DNA of 64,000 nt, from positions 38,937 to 102,936 of the forward strand of contig DATISF010000028.1 in NCBI GenBank assembly GCA_035468985.1. The letters run 5' to 3'. The stretch comes from Thermoanaerobaculia bacterium (GTDB lineage Bacteria > Acidobacteriota > Thermoanaerobaculia > Gp7-AA8). Below the pieces are notes generated by a model. It had not been told where the DNA came from and ran no database searches. It saw only the letters and a list, made by a program, of their open reading frames with translations. Numbering within the stretch: the first letter of the stretch is position 1; the number at the start of each line of letters is the position of its first letter. Shown piece after piece: positions 37,076-47,217 of this stretch. A program made the translations under genes and the position numbers.

Positions 37076-40003
37076 TTAGAACCTCGCTCCGAAGGACACG
37101 CGATACGTGCGCATCAGCGCGTAGTCGGAAGCGTTACGGGCCTGGCCGAATGTCGAACTGAACCGATAGTTCTTTCCAAGGACCGGCTTCTCCGTAAAGG
37201 GATTGAAGGGCTCGAGATGGCTGTCGTTGACCGCCGAGAAGACTGTCGTGCTGCCGGCGATCTTCGCAGCCTGGTTGAATGCGTTGATCAGCTCGGGCTC
37301 CAGGTACAGCTCCGCGCGGCCGACTCTCAGCTTGTAGTTGATCGAGAGGTCGAGCGCGTTGACCGTGTCCCAGCGGTGATTGCCGCGCTGGCCGTCCAGG
37401 TAATAGTTCACCGACGACGGGGCACCGGCGTAGTAGCTGGTCACGCTCTCAGGGAGGTACTGGCTGGGATCGATCTGCAGAAGAGCCGAGTACGGCGTAC
37501 CCGTGTCGATGCGCTCCAGGGCGCTGAACACGAAGTTGCCGACGTGGGTGGGCACGGCCCACGTCGCCCATGCGCGGACCTTGTTCGTCTCATCCGACGG
37601 CAGGAAGCCGACCGGGTTGTTCTCCGCGAAGGCCTTGTACTCCGGATACTGGAAGATGGTCTCGGGGACCGGGCCGACGCCGGGCGTCTCCGCCGTGACG
37701 TTGCCGCGGGTCTTGGCGTAGGTGTAGTTGGCGCCGAACTGCACGTGCTGAGTGAACGGATAGGCGGCCTGGATGCTCGCCGCACGGTAGGTGCGCTCGA
37801 GGTTCTGGTCGCTGGTGAAAATCTGCTGGATGTCGTTCGGATTGCCGAACTGGTCCACGACCTGGCCCGTGGACTGGTCGACGCGGTTCGCGTAGAAATT
37901 GCCCCAGTTGCGGTTGATCAGGTCGAGGCGGACGAAGCCCTTTCCGATCTGCGAGCCGGCGCCCAACGTGACCTCGTTGACGTCCGGTGATTTCAACGAT
38001 CCGAGGATCTTGGTGTTGAGGCCCGGGATGACGCCGAAGAACGGCTGCACGCCGTTCACGCCACCCTGAGACTGGAACCAGTTGTACATGGTCTGGAACG
38101 CCGTCACCGTGTCGACGCCGCAGTTCGCGGTGCCCGGCGTGCAGCCCGGCGCGTTGATGGCCGGTCCGCGATACCGATAGAAGATGTAGGCCGGGTTGCC
38201 GGCGCCGGTCGCGCCGTTGCCGACCGTCTCGGCGATCTTCGCCGCATACTTGCTGTAGCTGGCGTTGAAACGCAGGCGGCCGTTGCCAAGCACGTCATAC
38301 GTGGCGCCGAGCCGCGGCTCGAACGTGGAGTCGTTCGCGCGCGTGAAGCCCGACGCGTCCTTGCCGTTGTTCTTGTCGTAGCGGAGTCCGAGCGTGAAGC
38401 CCCAGTGCGTGTTCAGGTCCCACTTGTCGTTCACGTAAAGCGAACGGGTGACGAAGTTCGAGCCTTTGGTCAGCTCGAAGATCGGGAACCACACGATGAT
38501 GTCGCGGTTCGGACTGATGACCGGGTGGAACGTGTCATTCGGACCGGAAACCGGCGTCTGCTCGCCGAACGTGTACACGCCGAAGTTGGAGCCCGACTGA
38601 TAGTTGTTCGAAATGTGCTGCTCGGCCCAATCCTGGTAGCCGGCGCTGACGCTGTGTGTGCCGAGGCTCTTGGACGCGAGGTAGTAGGACAGCTTCAGGT
38701 CCCAGGTCTTGTTGTTGCGCTGTTCCGATCCGCAGTCGGAGCAGAACACCGGCGCGCCGAAGAACTGACCTTCGTTGAGGTCGAGACCCCAGCTGCCGTG
38801 CGCGAAGTCGGCGGTCGGGCCGCCGCCGTCGACGAACGCGAAGAACTTCTTCGACCAGTTCGCCTCGACGAGAACGCTGTCGGTGAGGATGCCGCTGTAG
38901 TGCGCGGTCTTGAAGCTGTTCGGGGTCTCGCGCGACGGATCGATGCTGGAGAACTCGTAGCAGCCGAACAAGCAGACCCCCGTCTGCGGGTTCTTGATGT
39001 CGAGGTACGACACGACCACGCTGTGCTTCGGCGTGATCTGGCCGGTCAGCTTGCCTTCATAGCGCGTGTTCTTCGAAACGGCCTGGAACTTGACGTTCGA
39101 GTTCGTCAGGAAGTTGTCGGTGCCGATCTTTGCCGAACGGGCCGCGCCGAAGAACCACAGGCGGTCGCGCACGATGCGTCCGCCGAGGGTTGCTTCATAC
39201 ACGCTGTCGATGTGATCGGTCGGGTCGGGCTGATGCGGATCGGGAGTCTTGGTCGTCCAGTTGTTATTGGTCAGGGAGTCGCGGATCGAGCCGCTGAACT
39301 CGTTGCCGCCCGACTTCGTGATCGCGTTGACCACGCCGCCGGTGAAGCGGCCGTACTCGGCCGAGATCGCGCCGGTGAGCACCGTCTGCTCCTGGATCGC
39401 GTCCTCGATGAACAGATTGTGGATCTGGCTCCGGAGGTTTTCGTTGATGACCGCGCCGTTGACCATGTACAGATTCTCGTGAGCCGGTGCGCCGGAGATC
39501 ACCAGCTGCCCGGGTGTGGGCGTGTTGGTGTTCACGTTCGGCGCGATCGACGCCTGCGCCTGGAACGTGCGTCCCACCGGAAGGTCCTCGACGAGCTCCT
39601 GCTTCACGTTCGTCTGGATCTCCTGCGTTTCCAGCACGGCCGGAGCGCTGGCGGTGACGGTGATCGCCTCGGCCACCGCCGAGAGCTTCAACTCCGCGTC
39701 CGCGCGCCCGGTCTGGCCGAGGCCGACCACCGCGTGGCGCGTCACGGGTTGCATGCTCTCCATTTCGAATTTGACCGTGAAGTCGCCCGGCGGAACCGCG
39801 CCGAAAATGAAATTGCCGTTCACGTCGGTGTAGGCCGTACGCGTCCCCTGCATCGCCGGCGAGGAGATGGTGACGGTGACACCGGGGAGAGCGCTCCCCT
39901 CCGTGACGACGTGGCCGGTGAGACTCGACGTGGTCTGTGCCCACGCCGCTGTGCTGCATAAGAGCAGCAGGACTGCTAAACAGGTTCGACTGAACTTCAT
40001 CAA
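37076..40003 (-). CDS. TonB-dependent outer-membrane receptor with an N-terminal carboxypeptidase-regulatory-like domain
   Basis: A signal peptide is followed by a CarbopepD_reg pattern (GHVVTEGSALPGVTVTIS...TDVNGNFIFGAVPPGDF). A plug region follows, then the long beta-barrel. The C-terminus ends in an aromatic residue (...VSFGARF). Confidence 0.8.
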   Translation of the reverse strand: MMKFSRTCLAVLLLLCSTAAWAQTTSSLTGHVVTEGSALPGVTVTISSPAMQGTRTAYTDVNGNFIFGAVPPGDFTVKFEMESMQPVTRHAVVGLGQTGRADAELKLSAVAEAITVTASAPAVLETQEIQTNVKQELVEDLPVGRTFQAQASIAPNVNTNTPTPGQLVISGAPAHENLYMVNGAVINENLRSQIHNLFIEDAIQEQTVLTGAISAEYGRFTGGVVNAITKSGGNEFSGSIRDSLTNNNWTTKTPDPHQPDPTDHIDSVYEATLGGRIVRDRLWFFGAARSAKIGTDNFLTNSNVKFQAVSKNTRYEGKLTGQITPKHSVVVSYLDIKNPQTGVCLFGCYEFSSIDPSRETPNSFKTAHYSGILTDSVLVEANWSKKFFAFVDGGGPTADFAHGSWGLDLNEGQFFGAPVFCSDCGSEQRNNKTWDLKLSYYLASKSLGTHSVSAGYQDWAEQHISNNYQSGSNFGVYTFGEQTPVSGPNDTFHPVISPNRDIIVWFPIFELTKGSNFVTRSLYVNDKWDLNTHWGFTLGLRYDKNNGKDASGFTRANDSTFEPRLGATYDVLGNGRLRFNASYSKYAAKIAETVGNGATGAGNPAYIFYRYRGPAINAPGCTPGTANCGVDTVTAFQTMYNWFQSQGGVNGVQPFFGVIPGLNTKILGSLKSPDVNEVTLGAGSQIGKGFVRLDLINRNWGNFYANRVDQSTGQVVDQFGNPNDIQQIFTSDQNLERTYRAASIQAAYPFTQHVQFGANYTYAKTRGNVTAETPGVGPVPETIFQYPEYKAFAENNPVGFLPSDETNKVRAWATWAVPTHVGNFVFSALERIDTGTPYSALLQIDPSQYLPESVTSYYAGAPSSVNYYLDGQRGNHRWDTVNALDLSINYKLRVGRAELYLEPELINAFNQAAKIAGSTTVFSAVNDSHLEPFNPFTEKPVLGKNYRFSSTFGQARNASDYALMRTYRVSFGARF

Positions 40004-40233
40004 TGTGCTTCCTTTCGTTATCGATCTGTGAACACAACTGCCGTTGGGCCGCTCTGCAGCCCGAGCAATGGCCCGACCAAGTCGGCACGTCGCTAAGTCA
40101 TTGATGGATCTAGATCGCGCAGAAGCAGCGTGTTACGCGATTCAAGCGCGGGGAGGCGCTTTGGGCGGATTTCCGAATCGCGTCATGACCGTTCACAGTT
40201 TCGACAAGACCGTTTGCCGGAAGCGCGGAGCTT

Positions 40234-41454
40234 TCACTCGTGGCGCAGCGCCTCGATCGGATCGAGACGCGCAGCGCGTGACGCGGGAATGATCGTCGCC
40301 AGGAACGAGACCATCACCGAGAACGCGGCGATGACCGTCAGGTCCGCCGCCCGGGTCACGAACGGAATCGACGACACGAAATACACCTCGGCGATCTCCG
40401 GCGGGAAGGAGACGATGTGGAAACGCGTGATGATCCAGCAGACCACGACCCCGAGAAACAGCCCCGCGCCCGTCCCCGCGAAGCCCACCATCGTCCCGTA
40501 CCAGAGAAAGATGGTGCGCACCATCCTCCGCTCCGCTCCCATCGACGTCAGGATGCCGATCTCCTTCCGCTTCTCGTGAACGGTCATGATCAGTGTGGAG
40601 ACGATGTTGAACGTCGATACGAAGACGATCAGGCCGATGACGATGAAGAGAACGAGCTGCTGAATGCGGAGCATCGAGAACAGCTGGCGGTTCATCTCCC
40701 GCCAGTCGCTCACCGCGAAGCGCTGATCGGTGCGTCGGCCGATCTCGCGCACCACTCGGGAAAGAGATGCGTCATCGCGGAGCTTCACCTCCACGAGGTT
40801 CGCCGCGCTCGTCACGCCGATCAAATCCTGCGCCTCGCCAAGATCGAGAAACAGCCAGCGTGCGTCGTATTCGTAGAAACCGGTATCGAAGACGTTCGTC
40901 ACGACAAACGATGCCGTGCGCGGCAGGAATGTGCCGGAACGCTCGGTCGGAACCGTCACGCTGATCGAGACACCCGGGCTGATGCCGAGCTTCGCCGCGA
41001 GATACTTGCCGACCGCGACGCCGCGCTCCCCTTCCGGAGTCACGAATCCGCTCTTGCCGATGACCTTCGCCAGCATCGGAGACGTACGCGCGCGCGACGG
41101 CTCGATGCCTTTGAGCATCACTTCGGATCCCGTCGTATTCCGTTCCGTCGTCACCACAGCCTGCTGGAACACGACCGGTGACGCTTCCGCGACTCCCGGC
41201 GTACCGCGAATCACCGCGAGCAGCGGCGCCGGATTCGTGATCGGACCGGCCACGGAATAGACGAACACCTCCGCGTTGCCGCCGAGGAGCTTGCGCTGGA
41301 GGTCGCGGCGATAGCCGGTCATGAGGGCCATCGAGATCACCAGGGCCATCACGCCGATGATCAAGCCGAACACCGACACCGCCCCGACCGCCGACACCAG
41401 CGCGTCCGTGGGACGGCGGAGGTAGCGCCAGGCGATTCGCTGTGCTAACGACAC
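40234..41454 (-). CDS. LolC/LolE-type (FtsX-family, MacB-like) ABC transporter permease
   Basis: The N-terminus, AQRIAWRYLRRP, is followed by TM1, a large periplasmic domain and a C-terminal FtsX 3-TM bundle. The start is taken at the GTG at 41454. No ATPase gene is adjacent. Confidence 0.7.
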   Translation of the reverse strand: MSLAQRIAWRYLRRPTDALVSAVGAVSVFGLIIGVMALVISMALMTGYRRDLQRKLLGGNAEVFVYSVAGPITNPAPLLAVIRGTPGVAEASPVVFQQAVVTTERNTTGSEVMLKGIEPSRARTSPMLAKVIGKSGFVTPEGERGVAVGKYLAAKLGISPGVSISVTVPTERSGTFLPRTASFVVTNVFDTGFYEYDARWLFLDLGEAQDLIGVTSAANLVEVKLRDDASLSRVVREIGRRTDQRFAVSDWREMNRQLFSMLRIQQLVLFIVIGLIVFVSTFNIVSTLIMTVHEKRKEIGILTSMGAERRMVRTIFLWYGTMVGFAGTGAGLFLGVVVCWIITRFHIVSFPPEIAEVYFVSSIPFVTRAADLTVIAAFSVMVSFLATIIPASRAARLDPIEALRHE

Positions 41455-41546
41455 CGGTCCTCGCTCCTCGCTCCTCGGTCCTCGGTTGGTTCCGAGGAGC
41501 ACTCCCAGACCCACACGGCCGGTCGGCTCTCCTGAACTCTCTCCGC

Positions 41547-41790
41547 ATGAACCAAATGAGCTCCGACCGCAATTTGCAGGTTTGGCAGTTGAGTGGCGTC
41601 CTTACAAAGGATGGTTACGCATTGACGGATGCATTTCCAGGGTCCGAAGTCTTCGGCCTCAGCGTGCAGATGCGTCGGGCCGCCGCATCAATCATGTGCA
41701 ACATAGCAGAAGGACAGGGACGATGGTCTGCGCGCGATCAGTGCCACTTCTGCTCGATCGCTCCTAGCACGCGGAGCCGAAATCCCGTGG
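41547..41790 (+). pseudogene. Truncated four-helix-bundle protein of the '23S rRNA intervening-sequence protein' / DGR Avd-like family
   Basis: NLQVWQL...FPGSEVFGLSVQMRRAAASIMCNIAEGQGRWSARDQCHFCSIAPSTRS matches the family core (KVWQ...FGLTSQxRRAAVSIPSNIAEG...F..IA.GS). The last helix is missing. The reading frame then runs out of frame into the next gene. Both sides are flanked by CGAGGAC-type repeats. Confidence 0.45.
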
Positions 41791-41832
41791 ACCGAGGACC
41801 CAGGGCCGAGGACTGGATACAATCCCTCCCGC

Positions 41833-44148
41833 ATGAAACGCCTCACGCTCGTCATCCTCCTTGCCGCCGCCACCGCCGCCACCCTCACCGCCCAGCCCAC
41901 CCCCTCCGAGTTCCTCAAGATGAACGTCGGGGCGGACCGCGTGCTGGCGGACTACCGGCAGATCGTCTCCTACCTGCGCGCGCTCGATGCCGCATCGCCG
42001 CGACTGCAGGTCGAGACGCTCGGCAAGACGACGCTCGGCGAAGAGATGGTCATGGCCGTGATCTCGTCCGAAGCGAATATGCGCAATCTGCCGCGGCTGC
42101 GGGAGATCGCGGCGCGGCTCGCCGATCCGCGCGGCCTGTCCGATGACGAGGCGAACCGGCTGATCGGCGAGGGGAAAGCGATCGTGCTGGTGACGTGCAA
42201 CATCCACTCGACGGAGATCGCCTCGAGCCAGATGGCGATGGAGTGGGCGCACGATCTCGTGACGGCGAATGATCCCGAAACGCGCCGGCGCCTCGACAAC
42301 GTCGTCCTGCTGCTCGTCCCGTCACTGAATCCCGACGGCCAGATCATGGTCACCGACTGGTACCGCAAATACCTCGGCACGAAGTACGAGGGCGGCGACA
42401 TGCCGTGGCTGTATCACCACTATGTCGGTCACGACGATAATCGTGACTGGTTTATGTTGACGCAAATCGAAACGAAAAATATGTCGCATGCGGTGTACCA
42501 CGAGTGGTTCCCTCAGGTTTTCGTGGACGAGCACCAGATGGGCTCGAACGGGCCGCGCATGTTCATCCCCCCGTTTGCCGATCCCGTCGATCCGGACGTC
42601 AACCCGCTCATCTGGCGCGAGGTCAACATCATCGGCTCGAACATGGCCTTCCGCCTCGAACAGAACCACAAGAGCGGTTTGATCTACGGCTTTTCGTTCG
42701 ATGCCTACTGGCTCGGCGGAACGCGCAACACGGGATGGTGGAAGAACATCACCGGCCTGCTGCTCGAAACTGCGTCGGCGCGCATCGCCACGCCGGTCTC
42801 CATCGAGCCGACCGAGCTCCGCGGCGGAAGCAAGGGACTCGTCGAGTACAAGCCGACGATCAACTTCCCCAACCCGTGGAAGGGCGGGTGGTGGCGGATG
42901 CGTGACATCATGGATTACGAGCGCATCGCATCCGACGCGCTTCTCGAAACCGCTGCCGACCGCCGGAGCGATCTGCTGCGCGACGTGCTCACCCGCGCAC
43001 GCGAGGCAATCGCGTCCGCCACCCCGCGCGAGGCGTACCGCATTCCGAAGCAACAGCACGACTGGCCGACCGCACAGCAGATGACCGCGATCCTCCTCGA
43101 GCACGGCGTCGAGATCCGCCAGTCGCCGAACGGTGACTACTGGATCCCGATGGCGCAGCCGTACGCAAAATTCATCACGGAGATGATGGAGCCGCAGCGC
43201 TATCCGGAGATCCGCCTGCAGCCGGGGAAGGACATCCTCCGTCCGTACGACATCGCCACCTGGACCCTGCCGCTGCAGATGGGAGTGACGGTCGAGCACA
43301 CGACGATGCCGGAAGGGCCCACGCTGCAACGCGTCAAGGACATCAAGCCGGAGACGAAGGAGGTCATCCTCCGCGGTGCGAAGTACAAGAAGCCGCGCGT
43401 GGCCGTCTACAAGCCGTGGGGCGCGTTCAACGATGAGGGATGGACGCGCTGGCTGCTCGACACCTACGGCTTTGCCCCGAAGTCGCTCTCCCCACAAGAG
43501 GTGAAAGGCGCACTGCCGTTCGACGCCATCATCCTCGCCGACATCAACAAGGACGCGCTCGCGACCGGAAAGCGCCGCGGCGGCGAAGAGGGTGGCGCCA
43601 CAATGACCTACGAGCCCGAGATGCCGCCCGAATACCGCGGAGGCCTCGGCCCCGAGGGGTTGAGCGCGCTGAAAGGCTTCGTCGAGAACGGCGGGACGCT
43701 CATCGCGTTCGCTTCCTCCTGCGACTACGTCATTGACAACTTCAACGTTCCCGTCCGCAATGTTTTGCGCGGCGTCCGACCAGACGAGTTTTCGGTTCCA
43801 GGCTCCCTCGTGCGGCTCAACGTGCGCACGGACCATCCCGTGACGACCGGCATCCCGTCGCAAGTCGCAGCGTTCATCGACAAGGGCATCGCGTTCGATA
43901 CGACCGCGCCCGCCGCGGACATGCAGCGCTGGGTTCTGGCCACGTATCCGCAAGACCCGCGCGACATTCTCCTCTCCGGCTGGATCAGCGGACAGGAGAA
44001 GCTGGCCGGCAAAGCGGCCGCGGTGGCGATGACCTACGGCAAGGGAAAAATCGTTCTCCTCGGATTCCGCGCGCAAAACCGCGGGCAGACGCACGCGACG
44101 TTCCCGTTCGTGTTCAACTCGCTCTACTGGTCGGTGCAACAGCAGTAG
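41833..44148 (+). CDS. Secreted M14-family zinc carboxypeptidase with a large C-terminal extension
   Basis: A signal peptide is followed by zinc-ligand context NIHSTEIASSQ (HxxE) and HHYVGHDDNRDWF. Confidence 0.7.
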   Translation: MKRLTLVILLAAATAATLTAQPTPSEFLKMNVGADRVLADYRQIVSYLRALDAASPRLQVETLGKTTLGEEMVMAVISSEANMRNLPRLREIAARLADPRGLSDDEANRLIGEGKAIVLVTCNIHSTEIASSQMAMEWAHDLVTANDPETRRRLDNVVLLLVPSLNPDGQIMVTDWYRKYLGTKYEGGDMPWLYHHYVGHDDNRDWFMLTQIETKNMSHAVYHEWFPQVFVDEHQMGSNGPRMFIPPFADPVDPDVNPLIWREVNIIGSNMAFRLEQNHKSGLIYGFSFDAYWLGGTRNTGWWKNITGLLLETASARIATPVSIEPTELRGGSKGLVEYKPTINFPNPWKGGWWRMRDIMDYERIASDALLETAADRRSDLLRDVLTRAREAIASATPREAYRIPKQQHDWPTAQQMTAILLEHGVEIRQSPNGDYWIPMAQPYAKFITEMMEPQRYPEIRLQPGKDILRPYDIATWTLPLQMGVTVEHTTMPEGPTLQRVKDIKPETKEVILRGAKYKKPRVAVYKPWGAFNDEGWTRWLLDTYGFAPKSLSPQEVKGALPFDAIILADINKDALATGKRRGGEEGGATMTYEPEMPPEYRGGLGPEGLSALKGFVENGGTLIAFASSCDYVIDNFNVPVRNVLRGVRPDEFSVPGSLVRLNVRTDHPVTTGIPSQVAAFIDKGIAFDTTAPAADMQRWVLATYPQDPRDILLSGWISGQEKLAGKAAAVAMTYGKGKIVLLGFRAQNRGQTHATFPFVFNSLYWSVQQQ

Positions 44149-44150
44149 TC

Positions 44151-44963
44151 GTGCGGTTTCGTGTCGTACCTCTGCTTCTGCTCGTCGTGCTGCTCGGGTG
44201 CGACAACCGGAAGCGCTGGACGAACCCAATCCTAGACGTCAACTGCGGAAAGCTGAAGCTTCACTTCGAGGAGCGCGTAGAGCACATCGGCTTCCCGGCC
44301 GGGGTGACGTCCTTCACACCGGCCCTGCTCATGGACGACGGATCGGGCTGGAGAGCCGTCAATGCAAGAGGCGAACACTCATCGCCATCGGGTTACACCT
44401 CACTCCTGGCGGCCACCGCGCGTTTCCATCGATTTCCATCGCGGCCCGATGAAGATGCCTATCACCACTCGACGTGGGTCCTCTATGTCGATCCTGCGGT
44501 CATCAGCGAGGCGGAGTACGACGCAGTATGCGCATGCGTCGACGCGAACATCTCCGCGATCGACGCCGCCTGGGACAAGCCTCGCAATCCGACGGAGAAT
44601 TTCGGCCTATCGACGGAGCGCCGGTTTCGCATGCACGCGGCCCTTCGCATCAAGTACGACCCGCGCTTTTCCTACGCCGATCGAACGACGCTCGGCGTTC
44701 TGTGGGACTGCCCTTCCCATGCCGCCATCAAGACAGGCGTGCCCGACGAACTGGTGTTCTTCTCGACGAAAGACACCTTCGTCGGCGTGATCGGACGCAT
44801 CTCGCGGGATGAGAAACACGCGGAGCTGTACAGCTTCCGGCAACTGATCCCCGCGGTTCAGCGGATCGTCGGACAGAACTACAAGGAGTTCTACGGGCAG
44901 TGCCGCAACGCGCGCGGGAAGACGTTGTACGAGACGCTGGCGCCGGTCGACTGGAAACCGTAA
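44151..44963 (+). CDS. Hypothetical lipoprotein
   Basis: The N-terminus, MRFRVVPLLLLVVLLGCDN, is a signal peptide with a lipobox. No family was recognised. Confidence 0.45.
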   Translation: MRFRVVPLLLLVVLLGCDNRKRWTNPILDVNCGKLKLHFEERVEHIGFPAGVTSFTPALLMDDGSGWRAVNARGEHSSPSGYTSLLAATARFHRFPSRPDEDAYHHSTWVLYVDPAVISEAEYDAVCACVDANISAIDAAWDKPRNPTENFGLSTERRFRMHAALRIKYDPRFSYADRTTLGVLWDCPSHAAIKTGVPDELVFFSTKDTFVGVIGRISRDEKHAELYSFRQLIPAVQRIVGQNYKEFYGQCRNARGKTLYETLAPVDWKP

Positions 44964-45782
44964 TCAGAGCGTCACCAGCTCCAGGTTCTCGATCTCGTGC
45001 TCGAGGAACTCTCCGGCAATGCGGCGGAAACGCTCCTCGGCATCGGTGACCAGAAACGTGTGGAGCGAGGGGCGTCCTCGCGCGCCGGCGGCCGATGACG
45101 GCCGCCGCTGCACGGCTTTCTTCACCCACTTCGCCGTGGTCTCCGCGCTGTCGACGATCTGGACCTTGTCGCCGACCACGCTCTCGATCGTGGCGCGCAG
45201 GATCGGATAGTGCGTGCATCCCAGGACGAGCGTGTCGATCCCGGCGTCGACGAGCGGCTCGAGGTAGATCTCCGCGACCTCGCGCGCGACGTGCGTGTTC
45301 GCCCACCCTTCTTCGGCAAGCGCCACGAACAACGGCGCGGCCGACTCGATGACCTCGATTTGCGCGTCGAGCGCATGAATCGCCTTCGTGTACGCCTTCG
45401 ACTTCACCGTGCCTTCCGTGGCGATCACCCCGATCTTTCCGGACGTGCACTCGATCGCCGCTCTGGCACCCGGTTCGACGACGCCGATCACGGGAATGGG
45501 AAGTTCCGCGGTGAGCGTCGGCAGCGCCGCCGCCGTTGCCGTGTTGCAGGCGATCACGAGCAGCTTGATGCCGCGATCGAGAAGATGCCTGGCGGCCTGA
45601 CGCGAGTAGCGGATCACGATCTCCGGCGACTTCGTCCCGTACGGCACGCGCGCCGAGTCGCCGAGGTACACGAGCGCTTCGCCGGGAAGAGCGCGCGCGA
45701 TTTCGCGAAACACCGTGAGCCCGCCCACACCGGAATCGAAGATGCCGATGGGACGGGATCCGTTACTGCGCTTCGCTCCCAT
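44964..45782 (-). CDS. murI: Glutamate racemase
   Basis: The N-terminus reads IGIFDSGVGGLTV, and the two catalytic Cys contexts are ACNTA and GCTHYP. Confidence 0.85.
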   Translation of the reverse strand: MGAKRSNGSRPIGIFDSGVGGLTVFREIARALPGEALVYLGDSARVPYGTKSPEIVIRYSRQAARHLLDRGIKLLVIACNTATAAALPTLTAELPIPVIGVVEPGARAAIECTSGKIGVIATEGTVKSKAYTKAIHALDAQIEVIESAAPLFVALAEEGWANTHVAREVAEIYLEPLVDAGIDTLVLGCTHYPILRATIESVVGDKVQIVDSAETTAKWVKKAVQRRPSSAAGARGRPSLHTFLVTDAEERFRRIAGEFLEHEIENLELVTL

Positions 45783-47157
45783 CCGGCACCACCCCCGCAC
45801 CTGTTTCGCGTTTGATGTTGTACTGCTCGATCTTCTTGTAGAGATTCGATCGCGGCGTGTCGATCGCTTCGGCGGTGCGGGAGACGTTCCAGCCGTACTC
45901 GCGCAGTTTGGCGAGGATGAAGGCCTTCTCCGCCTCGTCCTTGAAATCCTGCAGCGTCGACATCTTCATGGCGCTGGAAATGATGTCGCTCGGGGCGCGG
46001 AAGAACTCAGCGGGCAGATCGCCGATGTCGATCGCGTCGCCCGGCACCATGATCACCAGCCGCTCGATCATGTTCCGCACCTCGCGGACGTTGCCGCGCC
46101 ACGCCGCGTCCTGCAGCGCCTTGAGCGCCGCGGGCGCGAACGTTTTCGGGTGGTAGTTGTGCTCCTCGGAAAAAAGGCGCGCGAAGTGCTGCGCCAGAAC
46201 CGGGATGTCGTCGCGCCGTTCGCGGAGCGGCGGCGTGCGGATCGGAATCACGTTGAGACGATAGTAGAGATCCTCGCGGAAGCGCCCTGTCTTGATCTCC
46301 TCGGTCAGGTCCTTGTTCGTCGCCGCGATCACGCGCACGTCGACTTTGATGACGCTGGCCGCGCCGACCGGCTCGACTTCACCCTCCTGCAGAACGCGGA
46401 GAACTTTCGCCTGCGTGCGCAGCGACATGTCGCCGACTTCGTCGAGAAAAATCGTCCCGCCGTCGGCGGCGACGAATTTCCCGGTCTGTTTTCGGACCGC
46501 GCCGGTGAATGAGCCCTTTTCGTGCCCGAAGAGCTCCGACTCGATCAGCTCCTCCGGAATTGCCGCGCAGTTGACCTGGATGAACGGCGCGGACGCTCGT
46601 GAGGAGCGGCGATGGATCTCGCGTGCGACGAGCTCCTTGCCGGTCCCCGATTCGCCGGTGATCAGGACCGTGGCTTTCGTGGGAGCGGCGCGATCGACCA
46701 GAGACTTGAGCTCGCGCATCGACGCCGAGTCGCCGACGAGCTGATACTCCTTCTCCGCTTTCGAGCGCAGCTCGGTGTTCTCTTCCTCCACCTGGCGCAG
46801 GCGCACCGCGTTGCGCACGGTCAGCAGAAGCTTGTCGCGGTTCAGCGGCTTCTCGAGAAAATCGAACGCGCCGCGTTTCGTGCACTCGACCGCCGTGTGC
46901 ACGTCGCCATGTCCCGAAACCATCACCACGGGCGACGACACCCGCTGCTGCTTGAGATTCTCGAGGACTTCGATGCCGTCGAGGACCGGCATCTTGATGT
47001 CGAGCAGGATCACGTCGTAATCGGTGCGGGTCGCTTTGTCGATGGCCTCCTGTCCCGAGCGCGCCTCGTCGATCCGGTAACCCTCGTATTCGAGCGTCAT
47101 CCGGATCGCCTCGCGGATCCCGGTCTCGTCGTCGACGACTAAAACGCGATAAGCCAT
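45763..47157 (-). CDS. Sigma-54-dependent two-component response regulator (NtrC family)
   Basis: It has a receiver (VLVVDDE...LLDIKMP), an AAA+ sigma-54 activator domain with GESGTGKE and GAFTGA, and a C-terminal Fis-type HTH. Confidence 0.85.
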   Translation of the reverse strand: MAYRVLVVDDETGIREAIRMTLEYEGYRIDEARSGQEAIDKATRTDYDVILLDIKMPVLDGIEVLENLKQQRVSSPVVMVSGHGDVHTAVECTKRGAFDFLEKPLNRDKLLLTVRNAVRLRQVEEENTELRSKAEKEYQLVGDSASMRELKSLVDRAAPTKATVLITGESGTGKELVAREIHRRSSRASAPFIQVNCAAIPEELIESELFGHEKGSFTGAVRKQTGKFVAADGGTIFLDEVGDMSLRTQAKVLRVLQEGEVEPVGAASVIKVDVRVIAATNKDLTEEIKTGRFREDLYYRLNVIPIRTPPLRERRDDIPVLAQHFARLFSEEHNYHPKTFAPAALKALQDAAWRGNVREVRNMIERLVIMVPGDAIDIGDLPAEFFRAPSDIISSAMKMSTLQDFKDEAEKAFILAKLREYGWNVSRTAEAIDTPRSNLYKKIEQYNIKRETGAGVVPDGSEAQ

Positions 47158-47217
47158 GCCGTACTGCCGTGCATGTTATAGGCCTTACGCCCCGCCCCTG
47201 TACAATCCCCCGCCGCC

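Noticed and set aside
41547-41790. A complete diversity-generating retroelement around the Avd-like gene.
   Set aside because: No reverse transcriptase ORF and no template/variable near-repeat pair exist within the window. The gene itself is truncated.
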